Shown in pieces: positions 18,125 to 29,527 of a stretch of 64,000 nt of DNA. Source of the stretch: Bacteroidota bacterium (GTDB lineage: Bacteria; Bacteroidota; Bacteroidia; JABEUT01); assembly GCA_013285655.1 (NCBI GenBank), contig JABDHI010000001.1, forward strand, positions 21,124 to 85,123. The letters run 5' to 3'. Position 1 is the stretch's first letter. Every line of letters begins with the position of its first letter. The translations under genes were made by a program, and so were the position numbers. Under the pieces are notes generated by a model. The model was given only the letters and a program-made list of their open reading frames with translations, ran no database searches and had not been told where the DNA came from.

Positions 18125-19093
18125 TTAATGTAAATACGATTGTAAATAATGGGCAATATCTTCTCGCCATATAAGTACCATTACACCTACAACGGAAACA
18201 ACTGCTGCAATCATTGATTTCACCGCCATTTTCTCTTTGTATACCAAATATGTAAGTGGCACCAATACTATTGGTATGAGCGATAAAATGGTTTGTGCCG
18301 CAGCTACCTTGCATAGTGTGATACTCCACATGGCTAAAACAATAGATAATACCAAACCCCATATTGTAGCCAGGGTTACTTTAGTAATTATTTCTTTACC
18401 CTCGCGCACAATTACTATTACATCTTTATGAAGCCTGCCTCTGGCAATAGTAAAAGCATAATAGCCGAGCATGGCTATAAGTATCCGTATCCATGTAGCA
18501 TGCAACGGCGTTATATGATAAGTAGTATCTAAAAAACCTTTTTTGGCAACTACAATGTGAAAACCCTGGCAAAGCCCTGCCAGTATACCAAATAAAATTC
18601 CTTTGTTTATGCTTCCATGTTTCGACTCAGGTGGCCTGTCCTCCCTAGTCCCTGATGTAAGGAACCATATCATTCCGCCAATACTTATAGCCATGCCTAT
18701 AACACCAATAAGACTCATACCTTCATTCAGCATCAATAAGCCGAATAACAATGTTGCTACCGGTGCAATGGTATTAAATATGCTTGATATACGAACCCCT
18801 AGAATTGACATAGCATGAAAGCCAAAATAATCGCCAACAGCTAAACCTAAAATACCCGATAGGCCAATAAAAATATATTGGTTTAATGTGGGGCCTGTAA
18901 ATAATTCAACAATACTTATTCTATCAATAGCCATACAAAGTATAGTGAGCACAATAAAAGCTACCACCAATCGGTAATGATTCAGTGCTACAGAGCCCCA
19001 CTTGCGGGCAGCATCCGTAAATGGAAAGTTCGAAAGACTACTAACGAACATAGCCATGAAGGCTAAAAGATATCCGAGTTGAGCATTATTCAT
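18125..19093 (-). CDS. DMT/EamA family transporter
   Basis: About 10 hydrophobic helices in two repeats, GLAVGDYFGF motif. Confidence 0.9.
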   Translation of the reverse strand: MNNAQLGYLLAFMAMFVSSLSNFPFTDAARKWGSVALNHYRLVVAFIVLTILCMAIDRISIVELFTGPTLNQYIFIGLSGILGLAVGDYFGFHAMSILGVRISSIFNTIAPVATLLFGLLMLNEGMSLIGVIGMAISIGGMIWFLTSGTREDRPPESKHGSINKGILFGILAGLCQGFHIVVAKKGFLDTTYHITPLHATWIRILIAMLGYYAFTIARGRLHKDVIVIVREGKEIITKVTLATIWGLVLSIVLAMWSITLCKVAAAQTILSLIPIVLVPLTYLVYKEKMAVKSMIAAVVSVVGVMVLIWREDIAHYLQSYLH

Positions 19094-19166
19094 TACAAGT
19101 GCAAGTTTACATTAAAGAACTGATTTGATAAAATAGCGTTACTTTTATAGCACTTAAAACAGGACT

Positions 19167-19880
19167 ATGAATATTATTATTACCGGAGCTAGTAAAGGAA
19201 TTGGTTATGAAATGGCAAAGTTGTTTGCACAGAATGTAAACAACAAGGTGGTTATTATAGCACGCAACCGATTAAAGTTGGAACAACTGAAAAGAGAATG
19301 CCAGTACCAATACCCGGGAGCTAAAATATACCCGATGGTATTCGACCTTGGTAATGGCGATTTTAAGCATGGCTTGATACCAGAATTACTTTCTTCTATT
19401 AGCAGTGTCGACATATTAGTCAATAATGCAGGAATACTAATAAATAAACCTTTCGAAGAATTAACGCGCGAGGATATTGATACCGTTTACCGAACCAATG
19501 TGCTTTCTAGCTTCGACCTGATACGTTCTCTACTACCTTATATGGGCAAAGGCCAACAACCTACACATATTGTAAACATAAGCAGTATGGGTGGTTACCA
19601 GGGCAGTTCAAAGTTTCCTGGGCTTAGTGCATACAGTTCGAGCAAAGCGGCACTAGCTAACTTAACGGAATGCTTGGCAGAAGAATTTAAAGGGCGTAAT
19701 ATATCGGTTAACTGTCTTTGTATAGGTGCCGTACAAACCGAAATGTTTACTCAGGCATTTCCTGGCGAAAGAGCGAATATGAAACCAATACAAATGGCAA
19801 GCTATATAGCTGACTTTGCCTTGAACGGAGCCAGTTTTTATAATGGTAAGGTGTTACCTGTTTCGAATAGTACTCCTTAA
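19167..19880 (+). CDS. SDR family oxidoreductase
   Basis: TGASKGIG, NNAG, NISS, YSSSK. Confidence 0.93.
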   Translation: MNIIITGASKGIGYEMAKLFAQNVNNKVVIIARNRLKLEQLKRECQYQYPGAKIYPMVFDLGNGDFKHGLIPELLSSISSVDILVNNAGILINKPFEELTREDIDTVYRTNVLSSFDLIRSLLPYMGKGQQPTHIVNISSMGGYQGSSKFPGLSAYSSSKAALANLTECLAEEFKGRNISVNCLCIGAVQTEMFTQAFPGERANMKPIQMASYIADFALNGASFYNGKVLPVSNSTP

Positions 19881-19883
19881 TAC

Positions 19884-20708
19884 TTACTTCCAGATACGTG
19901 CTTCTTCCAGTTTTATCTTCTCGTTAAAAAAGAAGTTGGTGTTCTTTTCAAACGCTTCAGTATAGTCGGAAATGTAGAACCTATGTATTGGCTTCTTAGT
20001 TGAAGTATTTAGGAGCTTATCTTTTTTCAGTAAATGGTATACATATTCAGCAACCTCATCACCCGAATCAATCAGTGGAACCTTGCCTTTATAAATCGCT
20101 TCTATTTCTTTCTTGATCAATGGATAGTGAGTACAGCCTAATATAAGTGCATCTATCTTCTTAAGCTTCGGACGAGATAAATAGGAATCGATAACAGCAT
20201 AGCTTATCTTGTTATTAAAGAAACCCTCTTCGATCATCGGCACTAACAATGGTGTTGCAAGTCCATGTACTTCAAGGTTCTTGTTTGCCTCAACAAGCTT
20301 CTTAGCGTGTATGCCCGATTTGATGGTGCCTTTTGTGCCAATAACCCCAATACGTTTCAGTTTGGGCTTAGCCATTATTTTAGTAACTACCGGGTCAATA
20401 ACATTTACCACTAGTGCGCGCTTACCAACAAAGTCCCTGACGGTTTCATAGGCCAAAGCCGATGCCGTATTACAGGCAATAACTATCATCTTGCAATTGC
20501 TATCAAGCAAAAATTGCGCAATGCGTATGGAGTAATACTTTATAGAATCGGGTGACTTATCGCCATAAGGCAAATGGGCCGTATCTCCAAAATATATAAG
20601 CTTCTCTTTCGGTAAACGTTCACGTATGGCACGCGCAACAGTAAGCCCTCCTATTCCGGAATCGAACAGGCCTATAGGTTGGCTCGCATCTAACTTAACT
20701 GATGCCAT
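19884..20708 (-). CDS. murI: Glutamate racemase
   Basis: FDSGIGGLTV, ACNTAS, LGCTHYP. Confidence 0.97.
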   Translation of the reverse strand: MASVKLDASQPIGLFDSGIGGLTVARAIRERLPKEKLIYFGDTAHLPYGDKSPDSIKYYSIRIAQFLLDSNCKMIVIACNTASALAYETVRDFVGKRALVVNVIDPVVTKIMAKPKLKRIGVIGTKGTIKSGIHAKKLVEANKNLEVHGLATPLLVPMIEEGFFNNKISYAVIDSYLSRPKLKKIDALILGCTHYPLIKKEIEAIYKGKVPLIDSGDEVAEYVYHLLKKDKLLNTSTKKPIHRFYISDYTEAFEKNTNFFFNEKIKLEEARIWK

Positions 20709-20726
20709 AGTAAATATGTTAGCTTA

Positions 20727-21275
20727 TTACTTGCCCTTTGGCATAGTAGAAGGTGCAGATGCACTCTTCGGCTTAATACCAAGTCTCTTAGCAACCATTG
20801 GATAAAGGTCATCGGTATCTTCAAAGTATATTACAAACCCCTGGCTTGTATCTAATACATACTTGTAACCATTCTCTCTAGCTACTGCGCTAACTGCACT
20901 CTTAGCCTTAGCAATTACAGGGCGTTGAATAGAATCGCCAAAGTGTTGTAATGAAACCTGAGCTTGTTGTTGGAAAGACTGAATACGTTGGTTCATGTCG
21001 TTAAGCTCTTGTTCTTTGCTCTGCTTTACAATACCGGTATAGCTAGCTTGGTTGCTTTGGTAGTCCTGGTATTTTTGTTGAAATTCCTTTTGGAAATTTT
21101 CTAAAGTAACTTCTAGTTGTTGTGCGTATACGCTATATGATTTCTTAGCTGAATCAGATTCAGGCATGCCTTTTAAAAGCGAATCGAGACTAACATGGCC
21201 TATCTTTTGGGCGCTTACTGATAAAGAACAAATTACTGCTCCAATTAATAAAGTGATACGTGCTATTTTTTTCAT
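20727..21275 (-). CDS. skp: OmpH/Skp periplasmic chaperone (copy 2)
   Basis: Signal peptide, QKIGHV, VARENGYKYVLD; between bamA and murI. Confidence 0.9.
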   Translation of the reverse strand: MKKIARITLLIGAVICSLSVSAQKIGHVSLDSLLKGMPESDSAKKSYSVYAQQLEVTLENFQKEFQQKYQDYQSNQASYTGIVKQSKEQELNDMNQRIQSFQQQAQVSLQHFGDSIQRPVIAKAKSAVSAVARENGYKYVLDTSQGFVIYFEDTDDLYPMVAKRLGIKPKSASAPSTMPKGK

Positions 21276-21299
21276 ATTGCGGTTTGTTGTTTGCTGTTT

Positions 21300-21839
21300 T
21301 TATTGTTTTGTTTTATTTCCTTCACCGGTGCTGTAGCCCATGTCTTTAAGCACTTCGTCGCTCTTATCATACTTAACATTGCTGTACAACATGGTCATAT
21401 CGCTCGATTTATCGAATATTACTGCCAGGTTTTCTCTTTCTGCCAGCGATTGTACTGCAGCGTAAATTTTATCCTGTAATGGCTTTACCAGCTCCTGGCG
21501 TTTTTTAAACAGATCGCCATTCACACCAAAACGTTGCTTTTGCAGATCTTTTGCTTCTTGCTCTTTCTTTTCAATTTCTGCCTGGCGCTTTTGTTTCATT
21601 TCAGCGGTAAGCAATACTTCGTCCGCTTTATAAGCTTTGTATAACTGATCAATTTCAGAATACTTGGCTTCTATTTCCTTTTGCCATTGAATTGACAATT
21701 GGTTAAGCTGATCTTGCGCTACTTTATAATCAGGTATTTTTGAAAGTATGTACTGACTGTCGACATAAGCAAACTTCTGTGCGTGGGTAGCCAAAATGCT
21801 CCCTGCAAAAATCAGAAGAGTAAAAAGAATCTTTTTCAT
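21300..21839 (-). CDS. skp: OmpH/Skp periplasmic chaperone (copy 1)
   Basis: QKFAYVDSQYIL, KRQELVKPLQDKI, YDKSDEVL. Confidence 0.92.
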   Translation of the reverse strand: MKKILFTLLIFAGSILATHAQKFAYVDSQYILSKIPDYKVAQDQLNQLSIQWQKEIEAKYSEIDQLYKAYKADEVLLTAEMKQKRQAEIEKKEQEAKDLQKQRFGVNGDLFKKRQELVKPLQDKIYAAVQSLAERENLAVIFDKSSDMTMLYSNVKYDKSDEVLKDMGYSTGEGNKTKQ

Positions 21840-21892
21840 GGCTTTAAATTGATTTGTTGCCGACTTTAAAACGCCGACGAAATTACTATTTT

Positions 21893-24442
21893 TTATAATT
21901 CACCCAAATTCTGACCAATAGTGAAGACAAATTGGCCACGTTGCATGCCCGGATCGCTTGGTACGTTATCGATCCTCCAGCCGTAGTCAAAACCTAACAA
22001 GCCAAACATGGGCAGGAATATACGCACACCCGGACCAACTGCCCTATACACATTGAACGGGTTAAACGCCGTAATACTACTCCATGAATTACCCGCATCG
22101 GCAAAGCCCAGGATGTAAACTGTAGCCTGAGGGTTAAGCGATATTGGGTACCGTAACTCTAAAGTATACTTGGCTATAGACACGCCACCTGTTGAAGGAG
22201 AAAGTGTTCCATCATCATATCCTCTTAGGGCAATAATTTCACGGCCATCTACTAACGAATAGCCTGTTAAACCACTACCACCCAAATAGAACCTGTTGAA
22301 TGGACAGAAACCAAGATTTGAGTTATAATCGCCCAAAATACCAAAGCCTACACGTGCATTTAATACCACATTATGGCCTTCGCTACCTTCTTTACCTTTA
22401 AAGTTGGTAAGTGATGCAAACCACGAAGCGGTGAACTTATACTTCTGGAATTCCAATAATTTGTATTTCTGTTCAGGCGTTTCATCCTTATAGTCTTCTT
22501 GTGCCTTCAATAAAGACCAAGGTGGTGTCCATTCTCCAGACAGCTTAATATCAGAACCCGTTGTTGGGTATATAGGGTTATTACCCTGTGAGTTACGCTC
22601 GATTGTAATTTTAGGGCTTATACTGGTAGCATAACCATTACCGAATATAAAGGTAGAAGCGTAGTTATGTACGGTGTAATATTGGTAGTTCAAAGAGAAT
22701 AATGCAGAGAAATAGTCATCAGGGAACCTAAGTGGCACTCCGTAGCCTACTGATACACCTTTAATATTGATAGATTCCCTACCCGGATCACTTAATGGCA
22801 GGCCATTACTTTCAGTTGTAGTGAACATAGTAAAGCTTAATGAGTTTGGTTTATGACCGCCTACCCAAGGCTGTACAAAACTTAAATTAAGCGACTGGTA
22901 TGGCAATCCGTTTGCCTGGAATCTTAAACTTATCTGCTGTCCGTCACCCGTTGGTATTGGCCTCCAAGCTTCTTTACCACCGGTCAATGCACTCTTTAAC
23001 GAGAAGTTTTTGAAACTTATACCTGCGGTACCCACAAAACCAAGGCCACCACCCCAACCACCTGATAATTCAACCTGGTCAGATGATTTCTCTGCAACCT
23101 GGTAGTTAATATCCACGGTACCATCTACCGGATTAGGTGTAGGTGTAACGTTCATTTTTTCTGGATCGAAATAACCTAACTGCGATAATTCCCGTTGTGT
23201 ACGTATAACATCCGAACGCCTGAACAGATCGCCAGGCTGGGTACGTATCTGGCGCATAATTATCTTATCGTTGGTCTTGTCGTTACCGGTAACAGTTACG
23301 TTGTTCACTATTGCCTGGTTACCTTCATATATGTGCATTTCCATATCAATGGTATCGTTATGCACGTATGTTTCAACCGGAGTTACCTGGAAGAACAAAT
23401 AACCATTATCCATATATAACGACATGATATCATTACCGTTAGGATTTGAATTCAGGTGCTCGCTTAACATTTCTGAATTATATACATCGCCCTTTTTAAT
23501 ATTAAGGACTGCATTCAGTGTACGAGTTGTATACTTCGAATTACCTATCCACTTAATATTACCGAAGTAGTAACGATGTCCTTCGTTTATCCATATTTCC
23601 ACATTAATAAGGCCCGGTGCAACGCCATATATACTGTCCTTCACTATCCGGGCATCGCGGTACCCTTTGCTGTTATACTTGGCTACTATCTTTTGCTTGT
23701 CATCAGCATAATCATCCGGTATCATTTTCGATGGCTTGAAAATAGAATAGATGAAATTCTTTTTCTTTGTTTCTTTCATCGACCTTCTCAACTGGCCTGC
23801 AGTTAATGCTGAATTACCATGGAAAATAATATCATGTATCTTGATCCGTGGGCCACGTTTTACATCAATAAAAAGTATTACCGAATTGGTTAAACTCGAA
23901 TCGGCGTTTTCCTTTATATCTACCGAAACATCTGAATACCCTTTATCCTTAAACTTCTTTATCACTTGTTGCTTTACATCAGCCAACAAAAAGTCGGTTA
24001 CAACTTTACCCCTTACTAATTTAATTTCATCTCTCAGGTCATTAGCTTCACCCTTCGATACTCCACGGAATGTGAACTTCGATAACCTTGGGCGTTCAAC
24101 AACTGTTATACCTAAATATACTTTGTCGCCTTCAATTTTGGTAACGTACACCTGCACGTCTTCAAACAAACCTTGTTTCCAAATATTCTTAATAGCATCG
24201 GTAATTTTCTGGCCCGGTACCTGCATTTTTTCGCCAACTGTTAAGCCAGAAATAAGCAAGAGAACATTCTTATCCATGTGATCGGCACCGGTAACGGTAG
24301 GCTGTTCAGCAAGGATATATTCTTTCGGATTATTAGGATCAAACTTGTTGCTATCTGCACTTATTTTAACCTGCGCCGAAGCGCCAAGCGAAACAAGAAT
24401 AAATATATACAGGAGGAATGCTTTACCGGAAATGTTTTTCAT
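21893..24442 (-). CDS. bamA: Outer membrane protein assembly factor BamA
   Basis: POTRA repeats, ELSGGWGG, LRGY (VRGF-equivalent), C-terminal barrel. Confidence 0.95.
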   Translation of the reverse strand: MKNISGKAFLLYIFILVSLGASAQVKISADSNKFDPNNPKEYILAEQPTVTGADHMDKNVLLLISGLTVGEKMQVPGQKITDAIKNIWKQGLFEDVQVYVTKIEGDKVYLGITVVERPRLSKFTFRGVSKGEANDLRDEIKLVRGKVVTDFLLADVKQQVIKKFKDKGYSDVSVDIKENADSSLTNSVILFIDVKRGPRIKIHDIIFHGNSALTAGQLRRSMKETKKKNFIYSIFKPSKMIPDDYADDKQKIVAKYNSKGYRDARIVKDSIYGVAPGLINVEIWINEGHRYYFGNIKWIGNSKYTTRTLNAVLNIKKGDVYNSEMLSEHLNSNPNGNDIMSLYMDNGYLFFQVTPVETYVHNDTIDMEMHIYEGNQAIVNNVTVTGNDKTNDKIIMRQIRTQPGDLFRRSDVIRTQRELSQLGYFDPEKMNVTPTPNPVDGTVDINYQVAEKSSDQVELSGGWGGGLGFVGTAGISFKNFSLKSALTGGKEAWRPIPTGDGQQISLRFQANGLPYQSLNLSFVQPWVGGHKPNSLSFTMFTTTESNGLPLSDPGRESINIKGVSVGYGVPLRFPDDYFSALFSLNYQYYTVHNYASTFIFGNGYATSISPKITIERNSQGNNPIYPTTGSDIKLSGEWTPPWSLLKAQEDYKDETPEQKYKLLEFQKYKFTASWFASLTNFKGKEGSEGHNVVLNARVGFGILGDYNSNLGFCPFNRFYLGGSGLTGYSLVDGREIIALRGYDDGTLSPSTGGVSIAKYTLELRYPISLNPQATVYILGFADAGNSWSSITAFNPFNVYRAVGPGVRIFLPMFGLLGFDYGWRIDNVPSDPGMQRGQFVFTIGQNLGEL

Positions 24443-25191
24443 TATTGCATTACGTTGCTTAATTGTTCACTTGTTTTTCCAAAACGCCTTTCTCTCTTTT
24501 GATAGTCGGCAATAGCCATTTTAAAGTCATCTTTCCTGAAATCGGGCCATAGTTTTTCAGTAAAGTAAAGTTCTGAATAGGCAATTTGCCACAAAAGAAA
24601 GTTGCTGATCCTGTGCTCTCCGCTGGTGCGTATAAGCAGTTCAGGGTCAGGTATGGAGGAAGTGCAGAGATACTGAGTAAAAAGTTCTTCATTAATATCG
24701 GCCGGAGCCAGTTTCTTTTTTTCTACCTGGGTTGCCAGTTTCTTTATGGCATCCAGTATTTCCCATTTCGAACTGTAGCTAAGTGCCAGAACAAGAGTCA
24801 TGCGCTTATTTACCGAGGTCTTTTCAATGGCTTTCATCAACTCATCATAGCATCTTTTAGGCAGGCTTTTTAAATCGCCAATTGCCTGAAGGGCTATCTC
24901 ATTTTTCATTAGGGTTTTTATCTCTTTATTAATGGTAAAAACCAATAACTCCATTAAGCCTGTAACCTCATCTTTCGGCCTGTTCCAGTTCTCGGTCGAA
25001 AAGGCATAAAGGGTAATATATTCTACTCCTAATTCCGCTGCTACTTCAATGGTATCGCGAACAGCTTTAACCCCGTTCTTGTGGCCAAATATCCTCGATT
25101 TTCCCTTTTGCTTTGCCCAGCGTCCGTTGCCGTCCATTATAACAGCTACATGCTTGGGAATCCGGGACTTATCTATACCATTTTCTACCAT
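24442..25191 (-). CDS. uppS: Undecaprenyl diphosphate synthase
   Basis: HVAVIMDGNGRWA, AFSTENW, RTSGEHRISNFLLWQ; likely start 25191 (ORF track 25254). Confidence 0.96.
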   Translation of the reverse strand: MVENGIDKSRIPKHVAVIMDGNGRWAKQKGKSRIFGHKNGVKAVRDTIEVAAELGVEYITLYAFSTENWNRPKDEVTGLMELLVFTINKEIKTLMKNEIALQAIGDLKSLPKRCYDELMKAIEKTSVNKRMTLVLALSYSSKWEILDAIKKLATQVEKKKLAPADINEELFTQYLCTSSIPDPELLIRTSGEHRISNFLLWQIAYSELYFTEKLWPDFRKDDFKMAIADYQKRERRFGKTSEQLSNVMQ

Positions 25192-25271
25192 TAAATTTAC
25201 CTCTAATACTTTATAAGCGTGCAAAGCTACAAAAGCAAACTTAAAAACGACCAAATTATTGTTAAAATTCC

Positions 25272-26903
25272 CTAAAAGTCGAAATAGCTGTTGTTTATAC
25301 TGGTGCGGAACCCAATATAGAACATAGTGGTAACGGGACTGTTATACGAAACTGAAGGTTCATTGAAGGTGCGGTGGGTAACACCCAAAACTATGTTCAT
25401 ATTCGTTTTAGGATTCATGAGGTAACTGATGTGTCCATCAATGTAATTTAGGTTGCCTCGTAAGCCTTGCCCGGTTTTAACATTTGTGATGCTTTTTGTG
25501 CTCGCTGTATCTGATAGGAAAACGTCACCACCATAATTTGTATTCATTTCATTTCCTCCCATTATGGCATAATCAATTTCGGCGTGAAAGGTGAAGTGTT
25601 TGGCAAAGTGGAAATTAATCTGTGCATTCAATTCTTTAAAGTTGGCACCTAAGGGATCTCCTAAGGCCTGGTTATAATTGGTATAGTTTTCGGCATTATT
25701 TATGCTTGTATAAGTATATGGCCTTACCTGGTTGTATTCCAACATCAGTTCACCCAGGTGATTGTAAAATTTCAAACCCAACTGGTAACCTGTTTTATCG
25801 CTTATTGAGTTTGAAGGCCCTGTGCCATCAACCACCAATTGCCCATATGCCAATATATTACTGTTTACTTTATACTTTATGGTAGAACCTAATAACACGC
25901 TGTGGTTGTTATTATCTAGTCCATAACGGGCTGCACTAACCCCTATAATCGGATCGAAGTAGTTTAAGTTGTATGATTGCTTATTGGTAATACTATCTGA
26001 TGCCTGCCATATAAGGGCTTGAAAAATTCCAAGCTCTAATCTATTGGTAATGTTCCAACTTAAATATTGAATGTTAGCTGCCTTGCGCTGAAATAATCCT
26101 TCAGCGGATATCGATAATAGTTCCTGATTTGTATTCATAAACAGACAATACAAATTGGTGTATTGAAACTTACCAAATGTGGTGGTTACTTTAAAATAAG
26201 GATAATCAAAACTGTTATCAGATAATAGTAGCGAACGATACCCATCACCTACAAAATTTTTACCCTGTCCTAACTGAAAACTAAAGTGGTTAGATAATGT
26301 GTAGGTCATGTATGCTTCCGATACTGAGAAATCGTACCCGTTATCATAAAAGGAATTGCCTATTGTAGAGTTCAAAAGCTTTACCCTACCCTGCCCCGGA
26401 ACTACTCCATAGGCCTGTACAAAATTATCTACGTAGTAAGGGAAGCTTGCTTGGTCTTCGTAAAATGAAGTTGAAAAGGCAAACTTATCGCCAATGCCCG
26501 CCTGTATCATAAAGCCACGGGTGTTCTCATAAAACTTTCTTGCTGAATCTCCTTTATCATCTGATGCCTGGAAATTGAAAAGCGGATCGATAGTGGCCCA
26601 GAATTTATGCGCAGTATCGTGAATGATGAATAGATTTTCTCTGTAAAACTTGCGGTAAAACCACGAACGCCTTGGACCGGAATAATTATACCCGCGTATT
26701 GAATCGCTGGACACATATTGATTTACCTGCGATGCCAGCAAAGGCTTAAAACCTGTATGAATTGAAGCATCGGGGCTGTTCAATGCCTGATCGTAATACG
26801 AGGCGTATTCCTGATTGAGAAAGTAATTTAACTGCTGTGCATGAAGTATTGAGAATGAAAACAGTACAAGTACCGAAAAAAGTATGTGTATTTTTTTTCT
26901 CAA
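25272..26903 (-). CDS. Outer-membrane beta-barrel, RemB / Wzi-like capsule assembly type
   Basis: Signal peptide, GKNFVGDGYRSLLLSD motif, C-terminal Phe; follows gmd-fcl. Confidence 0.7.
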   Translation of the reverse strand: MRKKIHILFSVLVLFSFSILHAQQLNYFLNQEYASYYDQALNSPDASIHTGFKPLLASQVNQYVSSDSIRGYNYSGPRRSWFYRKFYRENLFIIHDTAHKFWATIDPLFNFQASDDKGDSARKFYENTRGFMIQAGIGDKFAFSTSFYEDQASFPYYVDNFVQAYGVVPGQGRVKLLNSTIGNSFYDNGYDFSVSEAYMTYTLSNHFSFQLGQGKNFVGDGYRSLLLSDNSFDYPYFKVTTTFGKFQYTNLYCLFMNTNQELLSISAEGLFQRKAANIQYLSWNITNRLELGIFQALIWQASDSITNKQSYNLNYFDPIIGVSAARYGLDNNNHSVLLGSTIKYKVNSNILAYGQLVVDGTGPSNSISDKTGYQLGLKFYNHLGELMLEYNQVRPYTYTSINNAENYTNYNQALGDPLGANFKELNAQINFHFAKHFTFHAEIDYAIMGGNEMNTNYGGDVFLSDTASTKSITNVKTGQGLRGNLNYIDGHISYLMNPKTNMNIVLGVTHRTFNEPSVSYNSPVTTMFYIGFRTSINNSYFDF

Positions 26904-26945
26904 TTTATTTCTTCTCCGAGTTTCTTTGTGCTTTTAGTGGTTGTC

Positions 26946-27884
26946 CTATGCAAATACCATTTGCTCCACATCACGGTAAACCATCTTAATACCTTCTTCA
27001 AGGCTTATCTTATGTTGCCAACCCAGGTTATGCAGCTTGGTTACATCCATTAGTTTACGCGGTGTGCCATCGGGTTTGGTAGCATCAAATTCTAATTTGC
27101 CTTCGTAGCCACTTATCTTCTTTACCAGTAGGGCAAGGTCTTTAATAGTTATATCAGTACCGGTACCAATGTTTACCAGTTCGGCTTCGTTATAGTTTTG
27201 CATTAAAAAGTAGCAGGCGTCAGCCAAATCATCTACATGCAAAAACTCACGTAGTGGAGAGCCTGAGCCCCATACCACCACATCTGGTTTGTTTTCAACC
27301 TTAGCAGCATGGAACTTACGCAACAGCGCTGGTAACACGTGCGAATTATTCAAATCGTAATTATCATTCGGACCATATAAGTTGGTAGGCATAACCGATA
27401 TAAAATTGCAACCATATTGCAATCTATATGATTCGCACAACTTAATGCCTGCAATTTTTGCAATGGCATAAGGTTCGTTGGTATATTCTAATGTGCCGGT
27501 GAGCAAATAAGATTCCTTAAGTGGTTGCGGTGCCATTTTAGGGTATATACACGATGAACCCAAGAACATCAACTTCTTCACCTTGCTCAAATACGAGGCA
27601 TGAATAACGTTTGCTTCAATCAGCAGGTTATCGTACAAAAATTCGGCACGATACGTATTGTTGGCTTGTATGCCACCAACTTTTGCCGCCGATAAAAACA
27701 CATAATCAGGTTTTTCGGCAGCAAAAAAATCAAAAACATCTTGCTGCTTCCGCAGGTCGAGTTCCTTAGAACCGCGGGTAATAATATTGGTATAGCCTAA
27801 GGTATTAAGCTTACGGATAATAGCCGAGCCCACCATACCACGGTGTCCTGCTACATATATTTTGGCATTCTTTTCCATTAACAA
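26946..27884 (-). CDS. fcl: GDP-L-fucose synthase
   Basis: [33 protein letters not shown]. Confidence 0.97.
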   Translation of the reverse strand: MLMEKNAKIYVAGHRGMVGSAIIRKLNTLGYTNIITRGSKELDLRKQQDVFDFFAAEKPDYVFLSAAKVGGIQANNTYRAEFLYDNLLIEANVIHASYLSKVKKLMFLGSSCIYPKMAPQPLKESYLLTGTLEYTNEPYAIAKIAGIKLCESYRLQYGCNFISVMPTNLYGPNDNYDLNNSHVLPALLRKFHAAKVENKPDVVVWGSGSPLREFLHVDDLADACYFLMQNYNEAELVNIGTGTDITIKDLALLVKKISGYEGKLEFDATKPDGTPRKLMDVTKLHNLGWQHKISLEEGIKMVYRDVEQMVFA

Positions 27885-27887
27885 ATA

Positions 27888-28976
27888 CTATTCATTAAAG
27901 TTCATCACCTTGTGGCCACCTTCCATCAGGTACTTGTCTTTTTTAAACAACTCCACATCGCTGGCTACCATTTCTTTTACTAAATCTTCAATGGTCAGTT
28001 TAGGTTTCCATCCGAATTTCTTAAATGCTTTTGATGCATCGCCCACTAACAGATCAACCTCAGTAGGGCGGAAATACTTGGCATCTATCTCGAGTATAAC
28101 TTCGCCGGTAGCTTTGTTAATACCCTTTTCATCAACACCTTTGCCTTTCCATTCAAGTTCTATACCCACTTCGCCAAAAGCCATTTCAACAAACTTACGC
28201 ACTGATATTTTGCGGCCTGTTGCCAAAACGTAATCGTCAGATATATCTTGTTGCATCATCATCCACATACCTTCTACATAGTCTTTAGCGTGGCCCCAGT
28301 CCCTTTCAGCATCCAGATTTCCTAAAAACAATTTCTTCTGCAAACCCAATTTAACTTTAGCAGCAGCACGGGTAATTTTACGGGTAACGAATGTTTCGCC
28401 ACGTATAGGGCTCTCGTGGTTAAATAATATTCCGTTGCAAGCATACATGTTGTAAGCTTCGCGGTAGTTCTTGGTTATCCAATATGCATAAAGCTTAGCA
28501 ACGCCATAAGGGCTACGTGGGTAAAATGGCGTGGTCTCACGTTGAGGTATCTCTTGCACGTGGCCATATAATTCTGATGTGGAAGCCTGGTAGAATTTGC
28601 TCTTGCCTTCCATCTTCAATATGCGGATGGCTTCTAATACACGCAATGTTCCAACAGCATCTGCATTAGCTGTATATTCAGGTGTTTCGAACGACACGCG
28701 AACGTGCGATTGTGCAGCAAGGTTATATATTTCGTCAGGTTGTACTTCTTGTACTATACGAATGATATTAGTAGAATCGGTCAAATCGCCAAAGTGAAGA
28801 TAAAAATTGGTCTTGGCTTCGTGAGTATCGGTATACAGGTGATCGATACGGTGGGTGTTGAACATAGAACTACGGCGCTTAATGCCATGCACTATATACC
28901 CTTTCTTTAATAGCGATTCTGCTAAATACGCTCCATCCTGTCCGGTTACTCCTGTTATAAGGGCTGTTTTTGCCAT
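27888..28976 (-). CDS. gmd: GDP-mannose 4,6-dehydratase
   Basis: [36 protein letters not shown]. Confidence 0.98.
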   Translation of the reverse strand: MAKTALITGVTGQDGAYLAESLLKKGYIVHGIKRRSSMFNTHRIDHLYTDTHEAKTNFYLHFGDLTDSTNIIRIVQEVQPDEIYNLAAQSHVRVSFETPEYTANADAVGTLRVLEAIRILKMEGKSKFYQASTSELYGHVQEIPQRETTPFYPRSPYGVAKLYAYWITKNYREAYNMYACNGILFNHESPIRGETFVTRKITRAAAKVKLGLQKKLFLGNLDAERDWGHAKDYVEGMWMMMQQDISDDYVLATGRKISVRKFVEMAFGEVGIELEWKGKGVDEKGINKATGEVILEIDAKYFRPTEVDLLVGDASKAFKKFGWKPKLTIEDLVKEMVASDVELFKKDKYLMEGGHKVMNFNE

Positions 28977-29035
28977 GTTTTTGTATTAGTTACTGCAATA
29001 ATAGTCAGAAAATGCCATATATAGGCACGTTTTCT

Positions 29036-29522
29036 TGTCATGCTCAGGCTCTCGAAGTATCTATTCCGATTAAAAAGACAATAGAATGCAGATGACACAG
29101 ATTGAATAAGATTTTCACTGATTTCATTGCATTAGGGCGCTATTTGTCCCCCGCTGGAGGGGGCAGGGGGGAGGATTATTCCCATCATTGCGAATCCGCG
29201 GGTTGGCGGATATGGTAATCTCAGTATTTAATTTCACCACAGATCACACAAATTTTCACAGATTCAAAACCGCCGTAATGGGGTTACAAACACGTTGTTT
29301 TGTCACCCATCAACCTATTGACTTTCAATATTAAATGCGGTGAATTTTTTTGTGGTTTTGTAACCCTACTTTGACGATTGACCCAAGTCCTAAAGGGGCT
29401 TTAAAACGTGTCGCAAAATGTCGGTTTCTGTCGTAGTAGAGTTTTTATTTTGTTGTTGTCCTATTCAACACATTCCAAACCTTTATTCTCCATTCATAGT
29501 TCATCGTTCATAGCTTATCGTT
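29036..29522. repeat. Mosaic cluster of several REP-like families upstream of gmd
   Basis: Sub-elements at 29036-62, 29080-124, 29146-77, 29185-222, 29237-64, 29281-366, 29382-402, 29409-33, 29492-522. Confidence 0.85.
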
Positions 29523-29527
29523 ACTTA

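Noticed and set aside
29264-29280. GGCGGT on minus strand as an ops/JUMPStart element in the gmd leader
   Set aside because: Reads GGCGGTTTTG, not GGCGGTAG; no UpxY/RfaH gene in the window.
29036-29522. Possible CRISPR array or integron cassette array
   Set aside because: Units belong to different families with no constant repeat-spacer period; no cas genes, integrase or attC-like ends seen.
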